Positions 7,801 to 17,718 of a stretch of DNA of 64,000 nucleotides are shown here, in pieces. The notes beneath the pieces were generated by a model, which had not been told where the DNA came from, did not search any database, and was given only the letters and a program-made list of their open reading frames with translations. Numbering within the stretch: position 1 is the first letter of the stretch; every line of letters starts with the position of its first letter. A program made the translations under genes and the position numbers. Location of the stretch: assembly GCF_053078305.1 (NCBI RefSeq), contig NZ_CP166879.1, one strand, 5' to 3'.

Positions 7801-10323
7801 TTATGCCGGTAACTCCGGGGGTAATGCTTCTTCCAGTCGGTTAACCATATTGCCGAGATGGGATGCATCATATTCCATGACGGGGCGTTGCCTGATGATA
7901 CTGACCACCAGTGGTTTGATTAACATATTGGTCGCGGCCCGTTGTTGTATACCGGCGGCGAAAATGATCTCCAGAGCATTCTGATCGATAACACGGGCCA
8001 GATTCGCGTTCAGATTTTCAATCTCATGTCCGGTCAGCAGGAAACTGCCGGCAAGCCATGTCACCTGCTCCTGAATCATTGCCAGAATTTTGACGCGATC
8101 TTCTTCAACCAGCGCTCCGGCAATTTTTCCTGATACAGCGGAGGCAATCATTCCCCCCAGAACACCGCCAACCACACGCCCTGTCAGTGCACCAAATGGT
8201 CCCAGTGGACTGAACAATATCCCGCCCGCCACTGACCCGACAGCACCACCTGCCACACCGGAAGATGCCACGGCAAGATTCCTGATGAACTGCGCACCGG
8301 AGATCCGTCCCCGCAACATTTTGATCATGTCAGGGCCGGTTGTGACAGCTACCAGTGCCAGAGATGTCACCAGCGTACCCTTCATCACTTTGTTCAGGGC
8401 ACTGATATTTCCTGCACCGGTCCCCTTCTGAAGAGCCAGTCGGACAGTCGGGCTGGCAGTCGAAAAATCAATGTGCTTCAGCATACCCTGAACAACAGTG
8501 AGCCGGTGAAGTTGCTGGGTTGTGACGTAGACAGCCAGTGTGCGGGTGAAGGTTTTTCCTGCCTGGACAGCAGCTGTCTGCAGGGCAGCATCGCGATCGC
8601 CGGTGCTGAGCCAGAAGATCGATGCCGTCAGGGCAAAACTGATCCCTCCGGCCGCCAGACTGACAACCGACCCCTCGGCAATATCATAAGTGACCGATTC
8701 GATGGTCCCGAACCGGGTGATATTACGGGCCTGAGTATAAGTCAGATGTCCCCGACGAATCAGCCGGGACGCTTCTGCGGGATCGGTTACACCGGGTACT
8801 TTACCTTCGCGGATCTTATTCCTCATGGTTTCAACAGCGCCGGCATACTGATCACGGGGGACTTCCAGTTGCATGGGGCCATTATTTCCCATGTAACGAT
8901 ACTGTCCGTTTTGTCCGTCGAATGCCGCACCGACGCTACGGGCTGCAGTTGAACAATATTTCGTCTGGATTTCTGTTCCGCTGACCAGTCTGTCTGCTCC
9001 ATTTCTGGCATTATTATCACCGAGGATCCGTGCGTTTTTCAGACGGACTCTGTCGACAATATGGTTTCCCCGTTCAGCGGCAAACCCATGTCCCTGCCCT
9101 CCGGAAGCAAACATTTTCTCATTTGTACTCCAGGTTTCCGGCAGTTTCATGAGAATCAGACCATTCGCCGTTGCATCGGAAATAAAGCTGTTGTAAGGGC
9201 GTTCATAAATTTCCTGACACAGTGTTTCTGTTTCGCGACAAAGAGAGGAGCAGTACCATTCCGGATCCGGCTTATGATTTTCCGGGGCATGATGTACTTC
9301 TGTCAGCCCGCAGGAGGCACAGATACGAAGCTCATCCACGTGATGGAATGATACAAAACGGCGACCTTCTGAAAAGGGATACCAGTCACCGCCGTCCAGG
9401 CAACGATCGAGAAAATCGTCATTCGCTTCCGGTGATAAATTCAGGCGGTTCCGGAAGAGCGTTTTCAGTTCATCAGGTGTGAATGACAGGTTCTCTTTCA
9501 ACTGTTCGTTAAACCCTGCCATGTTTCTTTCATACCAGGCATTGTTCAGTAACCAGTTTCCGTCTGCCAGTTCAAATTCCCTCAGCTCTCCCCGGGAAAT
9601 CCGTTGAGAAATGAGCGTCAGCCAGATGCGCTCCGTCAGTGAGTCAGGAAGGCTGTAATCGTTTTGCAAACTGGTCAGCCACGATTTACTGTTGAGCACC
9701 GGTTGTTCTTCCAGTGTCTGGCTGATGGCACAGGTCAGTTTTTTCAGCGCCTGGATCTGGCTGGCCGCCCATAGCAGCGTCACTAATGCAGCCAGCCAGT
9801 ACAACAACCCGCCCCACCACATCAGTGACGGTGAAATATCGTACTGTAACGCGATCAATGGTGCGCATGCAGAACACGCCATAAGGAAAAAGGCAGTATA
9901 AAAACAGCAGTAATACCCGTTAATTTCCTTGCTGATATCTTCTGGTGTGATCCCGTTCTGCTGAATGTTTTTGATCTGCAGGGGAACAGCCAGCAGACCA
10001 CCGGCGAGAGCAGTGGTCAGAATAAATTTCACAGAGTCAAAGGTGTGAGCCTCCAGCGCGATATGTTTACCATCAAGTCCCCACATGAAGCTGATGATCA
10101 TTCCGGCAATCGTCAGAAATACGCCTGCCAGCCAGCGAATATGGAACAACCGGGTTATGCGTTCGGTGATATAGCCAGCCAGTAAGGCCGGGCCGAACAG
10201 ACACAGCAATATGAGCCCTGCCAGCGCAGAAGCCGTGCTGATTAATGCTCTGAACAAAAGGCGAAGAATGGCAAATCCTGCGATCAGCAGGATCAGCGCG
10301 CCGACTATCTGTAACATAGTCAC
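7801..10323 (-). CDS. Large inner-membrane protein, YeeR-like
   Basis: 840-aa ORF immediately downstream of flu (position of yeeR in CP4-44); multiple N-terminal TM helices, Cys/His cluster (CASCGLTEVHH…CSSLC), Gly-rich hydrophobic C-terminal segment. Confidence 0.65.
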   Translation of the reverse strand: MTMLQIVGALILLIAGFAILRLLFRALISTASALAGLILLCLFGPALLAGYITERITRLFHIRWLAGVFLTIAGMIISFMWGLDGKHIALEAHTFDSVKFILTTALAGGLLAVPLQIKNIQQNGITPEDISKEINGYYCCFYTAFFLMACSACAPLIALQYDISPSLMWWGGLLYWLAALVTLLWAASQIQALKKLTCAISQTLEEQPVLNSKSWLTSLQNDYSLPDSLTERIWLTLISQRISRGELREFELADGNWLLNNAWYERNMAGFNEQLKENLSFTPDELKTLFRNRLNLSPEANDDFLDRCLDGGDWYPFSEGRRFVSFHHVDELRICASCGLTEVHHAPENHKPDPEWYCSSLCRETETLCQEIYERPYNSFISDATANGLILMKLPETWSTNEKMFASGGQGHGFAAERGNHIVDRVRLKNARILGDNNARNGADRLVSGTEIQTKYCSTAARSVGAAFDGQNGQYRYMGNNGPMQLEVPRDQYAGAVETMRNKIREGKVPGVTDPAEASRLIRRGHLTYTQARNITRFGTIESVTYDIAEGSVVSLAAGGISFALTASIFWLSTGDRDAALQTAAVQAGKTFTRTLAVYVTTQQLHRLTVVQGMLKHIDFSTASPTVRLALQKGTGAGNISALNKVMKGTLVTSLALVAVTTGPDMIKMLRGRISGAQFIRNLAVASSGVAGGAVGSVAGGILFSPLGPFGALTGRVVGGVLGGMIASAVSGKIAGALVEEDRVKILAMIQEQVTWLAGSFLLTGHEIENLNANLARVIDQNALEIIFAAGIQQRAATNMLIKPLVVSIIRQRPVMEYDASHLGNMVNRLEEALPPELPA

Positions 10324-10393
10324 TCCGTGATGAATATCATGTTATTGTTAATGCCAGCGAATGTGGCGTTGAATATCCGTTGCGCCGGTCCGG

Positions 10394-10418
10394 GTCCCGG
10401 TCATGATGACCGGGACCA
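10394..10418. repeat. Near-perfect 25-bp palindrome between flu and the YeeR-like gene
   Basis: ggtcccggtcatgatgaccgggacc reads the same on both strands except the central base. Confidence 0.8.
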
Positions 10419-10437
10419 CAGAGAGGCGATGGTTCTG

Positions 10438-13400
10438 TCAGAAGGTCACATTCAGCGTGGCCTGACCGTTATAGCCTTCAGCGCTGCTGCCGCTGACGCT
10501 GTGGACATAACCTGCCTGAACGCCCAGGGTGATGTTTTCCCGGACACGGGCTTCCAGTCCGGCCTGCAGGTCCAGTGACGTACCATTCTGTGACGGTGAG
10601 AACGTCATGTTACTGCCGGCTGCGGCTGTACCCATGCTCATGTCCCCCCGGGAGCTGAAGGTGCGGATAACAGAAGGCTGTACCCACCAGTTCACCGGCA
10701 GTTCACGCACACTGTGTTTGGCACTGCCGCGCAGGGTGTCACGGGATGAGGTGCCTTTACCAAAGTTCATATCGTTGTGGCTGCCCAGACGGAAGCCGGC
10801 ACGCACATGTTGTGCACTGCCATGCCCGAACTTCACATAACCGGCGTTGTCCTGACCGTCATCCAGGGAGAGTCCCTGCCAGGTGTACTGCAGTTGCGGC
10901 TCCAGCATCAGATTGTCAGTGATACTGAAGGGCAGACCGGTTTCCAGTGAACCCAGCCAGCCCCGGCCCCGGACGCGGAAGTCGTTATTGTCCGATGAGG
11001 CTTTCATGCTGTGGCGGGTTCCCTGGGCCACAATGTCAGCCCACAGGCCGGAGGCGTTGTGTATCAGATTCAGGTATCCGCCCAGGCTGCCGGCATCATC
11101 CCGGACCGTGCCGGCACGGGAGCCGTCATCATCCTTAACATCAACGGAAGAATGGCCTGCAGCACCATACACCCCTGTCGTCAGAGACATACCGGCAACC
11201 TCTGTTCTCATCAGGTCACCCTCCAGACGGACGAAGCCATAGCTGCCGCTGCTTTCCGGCGTGGCCCCACGGACAATACCGCCGTTGTTATCGTGACCGA
11301 GATGGCCGCCCTGAATGCTGAGACGGACGCTGTTATTTTCACCGTTTACACCGGTCTGATGGCTGCGGGAGCCTGCCAGAATCCGGTCATAGTCCATTGC
11401 CTGTGTCAGCATGGAGGCATACAGGGGGACTTCTGCACGATAAGCATTTTCACTGCGCAGATACCAGCTCTCATCACTGTCCCGGTTGAGGGAGTAGTTA
11501 AAGGCCCCGGCCTGCAGCCTGTTCCCCTGGACAAAGGCCCCTTCCTCCGTGGTGGCACCGTTAATGGCTTCCACCACCTGAATACCCTTACCGCTGGTCG
11601 CCAGCCCCGACGCACTGTTGCCGGCGTTCACCATGTTCAGGATGGTTTTTCCGGTTGCCCTGCCGCCGTCAATGACCAGTCTGTCAGCATTGTTCTGTGC
11701 CATATCCGGGCGTACACGCAGGCTGATGGTGCCATTCTGCCCGTTCAGGTTTTTCACTTTCAGGGTTGCCGGTACGAACTTCCCTGTGCGGGTGGAGGTG
11801 AAATGAATCTGTCCGGCATGGCTGAGGTCATCCACCACCGACTGCACCGTGGCGTTATCAGGGATATTCCAGGTGGCACCGGAGGCGAGAGTGACATTCG
11901 TGGGGTCAATGGCACCGTTCAGCACAGTGCTGCCGGTCAGCTTCAGGGCTGTACCGCGCTGAGCAATGACATCCGTGGTGACGGTACTGTCGTTCAGCGT
12001 CAGCGTGCCTTCATTCAGGTTGACGGCTTTCTGGGTGAGTGTGGTGTTGCTGACAGTGAGTGTGCCACTTCCTGATTTTTCCACGCTGCCGTTACCGGTG
12101 AGAGAGCCTCCCTGCAGGAGTGCATCGCCTTCACGGATGGTCAGGGTATCGTTGTTCACCGTCTTCCCGGAAAGGGTAAGTATGGCGCCGTTATTCAGCG
12201 TGGTGGTGCCCGCCAGTGTGCCGCCCCTGGCGGTGAACAGTCCGCCATTTACCGTGGTATCCGTGGCCGTATCACCGGCGTTCAGCGTGAATGAACTGCC
12301 TTTTTCCAGCATCAGGGCATCCGCCTGACCGCCTCCGATACTGAATGCCTTTCCGTCGCTCCGTGTACCACTGACAGCGGCACCGGAATCGGCCAGCAGT
12401 ACACCGCCATTTCCCATGGATACGGTGGTGGCGGTACCACCGTTGCGGACATCCAGCGTTCCGCCATCATCCACACGGGTATTAGTGGCTGTGTGTCCGC
12501 TCAGCACATCCAGACGTCCGCCATTTTCCAGTACGACATTATCAGCTTTACCCTCCACAACAGAGAATGCTCCCAGGCGGTTTGTACCGGTAACGGTTGC
12601 AGCCGTACTGGTAACCAGTGCACCGCCCGTGTTCTGGGTGACATCAGACGCTTTACCGCCGGCATTCACCTGCAGCTTTCCTTTCTGGTTGATGGTGGTA
12701 TGCGCGGCAGTTCCTCCTTCCTTAATCACCTGCCAGCCATCACGGTTTATCAGCGTCTCTGTTGCCGTGCCACCGTTGTGTACATACTGGTTACCCCCCT
12801 CCAGCCGGGTGTTATGTGCCTCTCCGTGTACCGTCTGGTCACCACCGGCGTAAATGAGGGTGTCCCGTGCCATCCCCGAAGACCAGATAACCTGCCGGCC
12901 ATTTTTGTTGATGGTGGTGGATTCAGCCGTCCCTCCGACCATCTGACCGCTGGACACATTTTCAGACTCCGGACCACCTTCTGCACCGGTGTTGACGATG
13001 GTTCCGGTTGCCAGTCCGCCATGTTTTATGGTCTGGTAACCATCCAGGTTAATAATTGTACCGGCAGCTTTCCCTCCCCCGTGTACCCACTGCTCACCTC
13101 TGTTATCCAGCGTGGTGTTCACCGCCAGTCCGTTAAGGCTCTGCCCTCCGCCATCACGAATAACCGTATCACTGGCAGTTCCTCCTGCCTGCACAATCTG
13201 ACGACCATTTGCGGTGACAGTGGTGTTTCTGCCTGTGCCACCCGCGTTTATCCATTGCCCGCCGGTGTTTTCGTCACTGTCCGGCCCCAGCTCAAGCCCG
13301 GTACTGACAGTCACGCCATCAGCTGTTCCGGATACAAACTGGTTGTCATGGTTTACCAGTGTTCCGCCATTCACTGTTTCACCCGGGTGCACAACGATGT

Positions 13401-13566
13401 CAGCAGCCAGCACCGGGAGTGACGTGACCGCGGCAAGAGACAGTGCAACCGCCACACCGCCACGTTTACCCCGTGCGCGGGCCAGTTCGGAGGCAACCAC
13501 GAAAGCGCCCGTAATGTGATTCCATACCAGCCTGTAGCAGGTATTCAGATGTCGTTTCATCAGCAT
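10438..13566 (-). CDS. flu: Antigen 43 (Ag43) self-associating autotransporter adhesin
   Basis: 1042-aa product matching remembered Ag43 along its length: extended signal peptide MKRHLNTCYRLVWNH…, passenger repeats, C-terminal beta-barrel ending …GYNGQATLNVTF. True start probably Met at 13560. Confidence 0.95.
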   Translation of the reverse strand: MLMKRHLNTCYRLVWNHITGAFVVASELARARGKRGGVAVALSLAAVTSLPVLAADIVVHPGETVNGGTLVNHDNQFVSGTADGVTVSTGLELGPDSDENTGGQWINAGGTGRNTTVTANGRQIVQAGGTASDTVIRDGGGQSLNGLAVNTTLDNRGEQWVHGGGKAAGTIINLDGYQTIKHGGLATGTIVNTGAEGGPESENVSSGQMVGGTAESTTINKNGRQVIWSSGMARDTLIYAGGDQTVHGEAHNTRLEGGNQYVHNGGTATETLINRDGWQVIKEGGTAAHTTINQKGKLQVNAGGKASDVTQNTGGALVTSTAATVTGTNRLGAFSVVEGKADNVVLENGGRLDVLSGHTATNTRVDDGGTLDVRNGGTATTVSMGNGGVLLADSGAAVSGTRSDGKAFSIGGGQADALMLEKGSSFTLNAGDTATDTTVNGGLFTARGGTLAGTTTLNNGAILTLSGKTVNNDTLTIREGDALLQGGSLTGNGSVEKSGSGTLTVSNTTLTQKAVNLNEGTLTLNDSTVTTDVIAQRGTALKLTGSTVLNGAIDPTNVTLASGATWNIPDNATVQSVVDDLSHAGQIHFTSTRTGKFVPATLKVKNLNGQNGTISLRVRPDMAQNNADRLVIDGGRATGKTILNMVNAGNSASGLATSGKGIQVVEAINGATTEEGAFVQGNRLQAGAFNYSLNRDSDESWYLRSENAYRAEVPLYASMLTQAMDYDRILAGSRSHQTGVNGENNSVRLSIQGGHLGHDNNGGIVRGATPESSGSYGFVRLEGDLMRTEVAGMSLTTGVYGAAGHSSVDVKDDDGSRAGTVRDDAGSLGGYLNLIHNASGLWADIVAQGTRHSMKASSDNNDFRVRGRGWLGSLETGLPFSITDNLMLEPQLQYTWQGLSLDDGQDNAGYVKFGHGSAQHVRAGFRLGSHNDMNFGKGTSSRDTLRGSAKHSVRELPVNWWVQPSVIRTFSSRGDMSMGTAAAGSNMTFSPSQNGTSLDLQAGLEARVRENITLGVQAGYVHSVSGSSAEGYNGQATLNVTF

Positions 13567-13751
13567 TTCCTTAATCAGAGTGAGAGTGAATAAAAAAGCC
13601 GGTATCCACAGATGTGGATACCGGCAGGTAAAGGGTTACAGTGCCAGAGGTCCGGCTGACGGAAGTTTCTGACGTGTGGCTCTGTTGTTCCCTGAATGTC
13701 TTTCTGTACGTATCTGTGCATGTTACTGACAAAGGTTATTATTAGCTTATC

Positions 13752-13787
13752 GATCGATATAAACGATCGATAAAATAGGTATCGATC
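13752..13787 (-). promoter_or_regulatory. agn43 phase-variation switch: three GATC Dam sites in the OxyR operator region
   Basis: GATC at 13752, 13765 and 13784 within tatcGATCgatataaacGATCgataaaataggtatcGATCg, ~190-220 bp upstream of the flu start codon. Confidence 0.8.
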
Positions 13788-13892
13788 GTTTTATTCTATT
13801 GTTTGGCTATTGCACGGACAAGAGAGACAGTAACGAAAACAGCGCTTTTGTGAGCAGACTCAGAGTCAGGGAGGGCATCAGTCACGACAGGT

Positions 13893-14765
13893 TCAGAAGA
13901 AAATCCAGTTCCATACCGCACGGGCAACAGAGACCACCGTGTTACGAACAGCGCGCAGGGCCGTACGGACAACAGAGGCAACACAGACGCTCTCCGCTGT
14001 GTCAAATATCCGGTCCACCGCACCGGTAAACTGTTCACGGGCCTGAGACCGGACAGATTCCGTGCGCAGCTCGTCCTGCAGTCGGGTCATCAGGGGACTG
14101 GCGGCATGGTCGGGAAGCGCTGTCATGAGCGCACTGACCAGCGTATCCAGTTCCCAGCCGGTGCGGGCCGATACGGCCACAACCGGATGTACGGGCCGGA
14201 ACAGACGGAATACCGCCTCCGTTTTTTCGCGAATATTCTGTGCCTGTGCAGGAGAAGGCTGAATACCGGCCATATCCCATTCATGGCAGGGCTCCGTTTT
14301 GTCGGCCTGCGTCACCACAAACAGCACCTGCTGATGTCCCCGGTGCAGGATGTGTCGCCAGAAATACTCATCCACAGACAGGGCCCGGTCATCGGCTTTA
14401 ATCAGCCACAGCACCAGGTCAAGTTCAGGCAGAATGTCACGGTACAGGGCCTCATACTCTGCATCCCTGTCCCGGCTCTCGCCCACCCCGGGCAGGTCAG
14501 TGATAACCATGCTGTGACCGTGGCCACTCAGACGGAAGCGCCGTACTTCCCGGGTGCCGGCGTGAACATCACTGACCGGGGTGACCTCCCCCTGAAACAG
14601 TGCATTACAGAGTGAGGATTTACCGGCCCCGCTTTTACCCATAATGCCAATCACGGGTTCGTGACGGGTGAGTTTGCGCAGATGTTCCAGGATGTGACGG
14701 GAAAGTGAGTAAGGCAGGGAGGAGAGCGGTTTTTCAATTGCCTCAATGGCATCAGACGGATTCAT
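13893..14765 (-). CDS. yeeP: YeeP/YkfA/YfjP-family GTPase
   Basis: P-loop GIMGKSGAGKSSL plus G-motifs (DLPGVG, TQADK); ~290 aa from Met at 14765 (ORF extends to 14804); upstream of flu as in CP4-44. Confidence 0.8.
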   Translation of the reverse strand: MNPSDAIEAIEKPLSSLPYSLSRHILEHLRKLTRHEPVIGIMGKSGAGKSSLCNALFQGEVTPVSDVHAGTREVRRFRLSGHGHSMVITDLPGVGESRDRDAEYEALYRDILPELDLVLWLIKADDRALSVDEYFWRHILHRGHQQVLFVVTQADKTEPCHEWDMAGIQPSPAQAQNIREKTEAVFRLFRPVHPVVAVSARTGWELDTLVSALMTALPDHAASPLMTRLQDELRTESVRSQAREQFTGAVDRIFDTAESVCVASVVRTALRAVRNTVVSVARAVWNWIFF

Positions 14766-15208
14766 ACATGTATTCCCGGTGAAAAAAGACAAAACCCCGC
14801 GCACCGGAAAGGTGGCGGGGGATCCACGGAGATAATATCTGTCTGAAATTGTTTTGAATCGATGGGATTGTTGCGTATTAACATGAAGGAGATCAGGACT
14901 TATCCGTTACTGGGTGATCTCCTTCCATGAAAATACGCAGTTATTGTTAAACAGCAGGCTGATTTCTCCGTAAAGGGGAAAATATTTATCGGCTGCATGA
15001 TTATCAGGTGTGTCTGTGTTTACTGCTGTGAGTATTTTTCAGTGTATTGTGGGGGAGATGTCAGTGGGAGATATTAAATTTACGTTTATAATTATCTTAC
15101 TTCTTCTGTGTGTTTTTTATAAGAGTGCACACGTAATGATATCTGTTGATACCATGTGGTTAAGTGTTTCCCTTCCGGGTCATGCGTACTTGCAAAATGG
15201 CATCTGAA

Positions 15209-15238
15209 TCGATCACGGTTTGGCCAAACCGTGATCGA
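15209..15238. repeat. Perfect 30-bp palindrome in ORF-free AT-rich region
   Basis: tcgatcacggtttgg|ccaaaccgtgatcga: 15-bp arms, no spacer, contains two GATC sites. Confidence 0.9.
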
Positions 15239-16106
15239 ATAGAGAGGAATACGCACGTAATGATTAAATGCTTTTGTTACACCATTCTTCCGGCATGAAT
15301 ATTTATCCAGTTCCCTTTTTTATTTGTGTAGTGATACTGTCGGAATAGCGTTCAGTAATGTGAAGCGTCCTGTTAAAAATCTTTAATAAATGTGTCACCC
15401 TGGTCAGGAAATATCTGCTGAGATATTATTAGTTGGTGGTGTTTTTACTGAGTAATAGCTGGCTTTTAATTCCTGAACTGAAATACTGTCGCTCGTCAGG
15501 GTTTAATTAAAACTGGATGATGATGTGAAAATGAAGGCTGGTTTTTGTGTTTGTCGAGGAAGTGTTGTTTTTATCCATTCTCATCATTGGCTGGCTGCGA
15601 TTATACAGAAGTATTTGAAGAAAAAATGGTGCATTTTATCTGTGCCGGCAGGGAGGGGGATTTTCCTGATATGTCAGTATTAAATGGTTTTTGTTATTTA
15701 TAAAAATGTCATCCTGTCCATAGAATATTGTACTGAGTACTCAGCATTCAGCGCAGGAACTGTCATCTTCTTTATTTTATTCTTCTTCAGGAGGGCAGTT
15801 TTCTGAAAGCGTTACTCCGGGGAAACTGTTTATGTTTATTCCCGGCAGGAAACCCGTACCTGCAATACCCTGGATGATGCTTTTTGCTGGTACGTTGTTG
15901 TGTGAAAATTAATCAACATGTGTGCTCCGGAGAGCGCCCGTAGACGCACAGATTCATTCTGACATTCTTTAGCGACAAAATATCGATTGGTTATTATTTA
16001 ACCTGAAAATCGACAGAAATTTTTATCCTGTATTGATTCTGATGCTATTTTTGCTATTAGTAGCAATAGTTGCGGTACTTTATGTTCTGTGTGTTGTAAG
16101 GTCATT

Positions 16107-17597
16107 ATGCCATACTTTCAGTATCCTGATGAGTTTCCCCTGAGCTCGCTGCCTCCACTCATTCGTGATGCCGTTATTGAAGCTCAGCAAATCACGCAGG
16201 CTCCCCTGGGGCTTGTGGCAGCATCTGCCCTGGGCGCTGTTTCACTTGTCTGCCAGAATCTGATTGATGTCTGCAGACTGAATACACTGCGGGGGCCGGT
16301 TTCTCTTTTCTTACTGACGCTTGCTGAGTCCGGAGAACGAAAAACCGCAGTGGACAAATTATTAATGGAGCCCCTGTACCAGCAGGAGATGCTGTTATAT
16401 TCCAGACACAAAAATGAACTGACGACATGGAAAAATAAGGAAGAGCTTTTAAAGGCGCAGAAAAAAGCATTGTTGTCAAAACTGAATAAAGAACTCCGCA
16501 AAGGCGCGGATGAGTCAGAAACGCTCAGACAACTGGAAGCGCTTCAGAAAAACAGAGGGGAAAAACCTGTAAGATATAAATTCATTTTTAATGATGCCAC
16601 GACAGCAGCAATTAAAGATCAGCTTTGTGGTCAGTGGCGTTCAGTGGGTATCATGTCTGATGAAGCCGGTATAATATTTGATGGGTATACCCTGTCTGAG
16701 CTGCCTTTTATTAACAAAATGTGGGATGGCTCCGTATTGTCGGTGGACAGAAAGAATGAACCCGAACAGATGATTGAAAATGCCAGAATGACATTATCTC
16801 TCATGGTACAACCCGGTCTTTTTGACCGATATATGGAGCGAAAAGGTTCTGTTGCCAGGGACAGTGGTTTTCTTGCCCGTTGTCTAATCAGTAAACCTGC
16901 CACCACGCAGGGGAAACGCTTTATTAACGGAGCAGTGACCCCGGGAGAATCATTAACGGCATTTCATGAACGATTAATGGAACTGGCCAGAGGCAGTATT
17001 GAAAAATCCAGTAAGGATGAACGTTATTGTCTGCATTTTTCTCCAGAAGCGCAAAAAATATTTATTGATCACTATAATGTTCTGGAGCAGGATTTGTCTC
17101 CTTCCGGACCCTTAAGCCAGTTTCGGGGGCATGTTTCAAAAAAAACAGAAAACATTGCGAGAATTGCTGCGTTATTGCAGTATTTCAGTCAGGGTGAAGG
17201 GAAAATCTCTGCCGATATCATGACGTCTGCTGTCGTAATAAGTTCGTGGTACACAGATGAATATAAAAAATTATTTGCGTTACCTGATGAATCTGAACTG
17301 CAGCTGCAGGACGCCCGGGAGCTGCTCGACTGGCTCATTGAGGAGTGCCGCGGAGAATGCCCGCCCCGTGTCAGGAAAAATTATATTCTCCAGTGTGGCC
17401 CGGGCCGGTTCAGGAACAGGAAAAAGCTGAACGTCCTGCTGAACATTCTTGCATCTCAACTCAGGCTCTCTGTCGTGCAGGAAGGAAAAACCACCTATGT
17501 CCTGCTTTCCGAAATAAACAATATCACGCTGCCTGAACTGAATGCGTGCTACAGCCAGAAACTGATAAGATGGCATGAGCAATCCTTTGGCTTATAA
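16107..17597 (+). CDS. DUF3987 protein (YfjI-like; related to P4 alpha primase C-terminal region)
   Basis: ~496-aa ORF with AAGGT RBS before ATG 16107; family assignment from memory of island-borne YfjI-like proteins. Confidence 0.55.
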   Translation: MPYFQYPDEFPLSSLPPLIRDAVIEAQQITQAPLGLVAASALGAVSLVCQNLIDVCRLNTLRGPVSLFLLTLAESGERKTAVDKLLMEPLYQQEMLLYSRHKNELTTWKNKEELLKAQKKALLSKLNKELRKGADESETLRQLEALQKNRGEKPVRYKFIFNDATTAAIKDQLCGQWRSVGIMSDEAGIIFDGYTLSELPFINKMWDGSVLSVDRKNEPEQMIENARMTLSLMVQPGLFDRYMERKGSVARDSGFLARCLISKPATTQGKRFINGAVTPGESLTAFHERLMELARGSIEKSSKDERYCLHFSPEAQKIFIDHYNVLEQDLSPSGPLSQFRGHVSKKTENIARIAALLQYFSQGEGKISADIMTSAVVISSWYTDEYKKLFALPDESELQLQDARELLDWLIEECRGECPPRVRKNYILQCGPGRFRNRKKLNVLLNILASQLRLSVVQEGKTTYVLLSEINNITLPELNACYSQKLIRWHEQSFGL

Positions 17598-17718
17598 TGT
17601 TCCCTGTTGCTGAGACGGATTATTCAGTGGTGGTATCGCAGTATGCCCGTCACCCCCCGCTTCTGCATGAGGGTGACGGAGGAAAAGTAAGTGTGCGGAG
17701 GCCCGGGAGCGTTATGAA

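Noticed and set aside
11011-12075. 354-aa plus-strand ORF (and 12493..13422, 309 aa) inside the Ag43 gene
   Set aside because: Entirely antisense to a CDS that matches Ag43 along its full length; long antisense ORFs are expected in GC-rich repetitive coding sequence.
15010-15207. 65-aa hydrophobic ORF in the ORF-free AT-rich region
   Set aside because: No RBS recognised and highly AT-biased codons; kept only as part of the region-level finding.
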